Positions 61,489-64,000 of a stretch of 64,000 bases of DNA are shown piece by piece. The DNA comes from Arenicellales bacterium (lineage in GTDB: Bacteria > Pseudomonadota > Gammaproteobacteria > Arenicellales > JAJDZL01). The stretch spans positions 1,170,417 to 1,234,416 of the forward strand of contig OZ241380.1 of the NCBI GenBank assembly GCA_965200765.1, read 5' to 3'. The notes beneath the pieces are model-generated. The model ran no database searches, was not told where the DNA came from, and saw only the letters and a program-made list of their open reading frames with translations. Position 1 is the stretch's first letter, and each line of letters starts with the position of its first letter. The position numbers and the translations under genes are program-made.

Positions 61489-62364
61489 ATGAATGCAACA
61501 ACTACAACTGCTGAAAGAAAAACGTCCCGGCCAACGCCCCAGAAGTCGGACAAAAAGGAGCCGATTAAAGAAAATTTTGGTGTCAGTGGTGCATATCCGT
61601 ACAAGGACAGGCTTAAACGCAAAGAATACGAGGCTAAAAAGTCGGAGTTGCAAGTTGAACTTGTGAAGGCTCAAAACTGGGTCAAGGAAAATGGCGAGAA
61701 AGTCGTTATTCTGTTCGAAGGCCGTGATGCGGCGGGAAAAGGGGGAACGATCAAGCGCTTCATGGAACACATGAATCCGCGTGTTTCTCGAGTTGTCGCA
61801 CTGCCAAAGCCGGGTGAGCGAGAAATCGGTCAATGGTACTTCCAGCGATACATCGTGCATTTACCCACGGCAGGGGAAATGGTTCTGTTTGACCGGTCCT
61901 GGTACAACCGTGCAGGCGTGGAAAAAGTCATGGGTTTTTGCAATCGGGTGGAGTATCTCGAATTTATGAGACAAACTCCGTCCATGGAGCGAATGCTGGT
62001 TGATAGCGGGATAAAATTTTTCAAGTATTGGTTTTCTGTTAGTCGAGAAGAGCAACATCGACGTTTCTCGGCACGCGCCGATAATCCCCTGAAACGCTGG
62101 AAGCTCAGTCCGATTGACAAAGAATCCCTGAATTTGTGGGAAGAGTATACAGAGGCGAAGGAAACGATGTTTTTTTACACCGATACGCGCGATGCCCCAT
62201 GGACTGTGATTCGTTCAGATGACAAAAAACGCGCAAGACTGAATTGCATGCGACACTTTCTGGCAAACTTTGACTATCCAGGCAAAGACTTGGAGGTTGT
62301 GACCCCGCCGGATCCTGAAATTGTTAGCCAAGTCAAAAATATCTTGAATACACGCTCTGACTAG
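61489..62364 (+). CDS. ppk2: polyphosphate kinase 2
   Basis: YEAKKSELQVELVKAQ.W......VVILFEGRDAAGKGGTIKR (Walker A), FDRSWYNR and RW.LSP.D are PPK2 hallmarks. ATG at 61489 (the track starts at TTG 61429). Confidence 0.85.
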   Translation: MNATTTTAERKTSRPTPQKSDKKEPIKENFGVSGAYPYKDRLKRKEYEAKKSELQVELVKAQNWVKENGEKVVILFEGRDAAGKGGTIKRFMEHMNPRVSRVVALPKPGEREIGQWYFQRYIVHLPTAGEMVLFDRSWYNRAGVEKVMGFCNRVEYLEFMRQTPSMERMLVDSGIKFFKYWFSVSREEQHRRFSARADNPLKRWKLSPIDKESLNLWEEYTEAKETMFFYTDTRDAPWTVIRSDDKKRARLNCMRHFLANFDYPGKDLEVVTPPDPEIVSQVKNILNTRSD

Positions 62365-62406
62365 TCACCGGTGCCGCTCAGATTTCAATTGGAAATCCAA
62401 GGTGGG

Positions 62407-63198
62407 TTAGTGAGCGTATAGCATCCCGAATTCAGGGTGCCTGTCTTCAATACCGGCCAAGCGAAGGCAATGCCAGGCCATTGCATGGTTACTGGAAGTT
62501 ACCGGTTTGCCTGTTGCTTGTTCAATTTCAGTAACAATTGATGCTACCCGCAAATTTGTACAGGAAACAAATACCAGATCGACGTCGTCAAGCTGACCCA
62601 GATCAATCGCTGCCTCCTTGACCGAATCAGTGGAAATGAGGGCCACCGTATTATCATCTTCCTCGTTGAACGAACCAAACGCGGTAACATTGAAACCGTT
62701 GCTTTCAATGTACTTTGCGACGGCTTCGTTTACATCTTGACGATACGGAGTCAATACAGCGATGTTTTCAGCATCCAAGGTTCGAAACGCTGAAAATGCC
62801 GCTGTAACAGGGGTGGTACACTTCGCGTCCGGGCGAATTTCATTGATTCTTTCAAAGACGCGGTTTTCTCCAATCACCATCGAAGCGGACGTACAGCCAA
62901 AAGCAACGACATCAAGGTGAACATCCTTGAGGATTACGTCGGTGCACCACGGAATACGGTCTTCCATGGCCAATAGCGTTTCCGGAGTAATCGTGGCAGA
63001 GTTTTCAATTCTGCTTTCGTAGAAGGCTACGCCTTCAATATTCAGCAAGGTTCTGAATTCGTACTCGATGGTTTGGTCCGAGCCGAGAACAATGACTCCG
63101 ATTGTTGCACGTTCCCCGATACCTCCGTCCGTTTCAAAAGGAATGTGGTTCCGCAAAACTCTGGATTTCATTGGTACTGCAGTCGCTGGTTGCGCCAT
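62407..63198 (-). CDS. Asp/Glu/hydantoin racemase-superfamily protein (maleate isomerase / arylmalonate decarboxylase-like)
   Basis: Two Cys-containing active-site blocks with characteristic spacing (VVAFGCTSASM and VFVSCTNLR) and a C-terminal SSNHAMAWH. Confidence 0.7.
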   Translation of the reverse strand: MAQPATAVPMKSRVLRNHIPFETDGGIGERATIGVIVLGSDQTIEYEFRTLLNIEGVAFYESRIENSATITPETLLAMEDRIPWCTDVILKDVHLDVVAFGCTSASMVIGENRVFERINEIRPDAKCTTPVTAAFSAFRTLDAENIAVLTPYRQDVNEAVAKYIESNGFNVTAFGSFNEEDDNTVALISTDSVKEAAIDLGQLDDVDLVFVSCTNLRVASIVTEIEQATGKPVTSSNHAMAWHCLRLAGIEDRHPEFGMLYAH

Positions 63199-63277
63199 GA
63201 AAGTTGTACTCCCGATGTGGTTTGTTTTTTCCTATCTTACTTCAAATTTGATTGGAACAAAGCAAAATTGAAAGCAA

Positions 63278-64000
63278 TCACGCTTGACGAAACATTGCAG
63301 GGGGAAAATGCTTGTTCATGGTTTCTTGTACTCTTTTCTCTATCAAGTCGCAATACTCCGAATTCAATTCGTAGGCGATACACTTACGGTTGTTCACAAT
63401 ACATGCGCTGATGGTAGTGCCAGAACCGGCGAAGGGATCCAGAACAATGCCATTCGGCGGACAACTGGCCTTGACCATTCTCTCAACGATTTCAACAGGC
63501 TTCTGCGTTGGATGGTCTTCTCGTTCCGAGTGTTGCCGGTGCAACCTTGACACACTCCATACATCCTTGGGGTTGTATCCTACTTCCAGCCACTTGCTTC
63601 CTTTGAATCTGTCCCTGGTTCTCAATTTCTTCGTTTCAGGGTCGTAGGGTATCCGGACTGAATCCAGGTCAAAGTAATAGTCCCTGGACTTGGCGAACAA
63701 TCCAATCGTGTCGTGCACCGATGAAAATCTTCGAGTTGAACCACCCATGCTTGGCACTTTTCTGTCCCAGATGATTTCATTCAGCATAATCATGCGCTTT
63801 TTGATTGAGGAAAATATCTCTGGCGCATGTCTCCAGGTTGCAAACAGATACAAACAAGCGTTGTCGTTCATCTTCGGAAGTGTCAGGTCAACCCATCGAA
63901 GTGTCCAGTCGACAATCTCCTCGGCGCTTTTTTTGTCAGAGTCGTTGCCGTAATCCTTGCCAAGCCCGTATGGCGGGTCCGCGACAACCAAATCAATGGA
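63278..64000 (-). CDS. beta-class DNA methyltransferase (PF01555-type), 5' end beyond the window
   Basis: The reading frame is open to position 64000 (..SIDLVVADPPYGLGKDY = motif IV). Motif I LDPFAGSGTTISA lies near the C-terminus, along with a HPTQKP block. It belongs to a different subfamily from the 59815..60693 enzyme. Confidence 0.85.
   Translation of the reverse strand, partial: SIDLVVADPPYGLGKDYGNDSDKKSAEEIVDWTLRWVDLTLPKMNDNACLYLFATWRHAPEIFSSIKKRMIMLNEIIWDRKVPSMGGSTRRFSSVHDTIGLFAKSRDYYFDLDSVRIPYDPETKKLRTRDRFKGSKWLEVGYNPKDVWSVSRLHRQHSEREDHPTQKPVEIVERMVKASCPPNGIVLDPFAGSGTTISACIVNNRKCIAYELNSEYCDLIEKRVQETMNKHFPPAMFRQA

Overview
This is a 64-kb chromosomal segment from an AT-leaning Gram-negative bacterium. 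The housekeeping genes look gammaproteobacterial (metC, nuoN, prc, avtA, yfcG-like GST, caiD, and a tRNA-fMet close to the E. coli one). All family calls come from motif recognition by eye; no searches were run.

Three zones stand out.

(1) Positions 1.8-7.7 kb are a decay and rearrangement zone around tRNA-fMet. It holds a vapB/truncated-vapC remnant abutting an orphan nuoN, a small-ORF plus retropepsin-like protease pair, and a multiply frameshifted PF01555-type DNA methyltransferase pseudogene. It also holds a 16-copy 11-bp G5-containing minisatellite, an intact 1478-bp IS with perfect 19-bp inverted repeats, and an IS1595-type transposase fragment.

(2) Positions 7.45-28.57 kb are a strikingly GC-rich block made of two tandem paralogous giant genes (14.0 kb and 5.7 kb). 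Each encodes a signal peptide, a divergent head domain, a long array of about 112-aa Calx-beta repeats (35+1 and 10+1 units), a linker, and an autotransporter-type C-terminal beta-barrel ending in W. Each gene is preceded by a conserved leader of about 670 bp. That leader carries a perfect palindrome, a promoter-proximal G11 tract, and a second G tract (G11 or G13) inside the 5' leader/signal-peptide coding region. This arrangement strongly suggests slipped-strand phase variation. IS1595 remnants sit at all three junctions. I consider this the most interesting system in the window.

(3) Positions 28.8-56.1 kb are dense catabolic clusters. These include NUDIX/C26 amidohydrolase/ALDH/LLM oxidoreductase/hydrolase/ThDP enzyme; MttB-family methyltransferase plus FAD oxidoreductase plus ProVWX plus Rieske oxygenase; and a CoA-dependent carnitine/butyrobetaine set with lcdH and caiD.

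Positions 56.2-64 kb are a second accessory patch. It contains 0.42-0.46-kb direct repeats bracketing an AT-rich two-gene cassette, a methyltransferase plus frameshifted endonuclease-VII gene, an IS1595 C-terminal pseudogene, ppk2, and a second methyltransferase running off the window.
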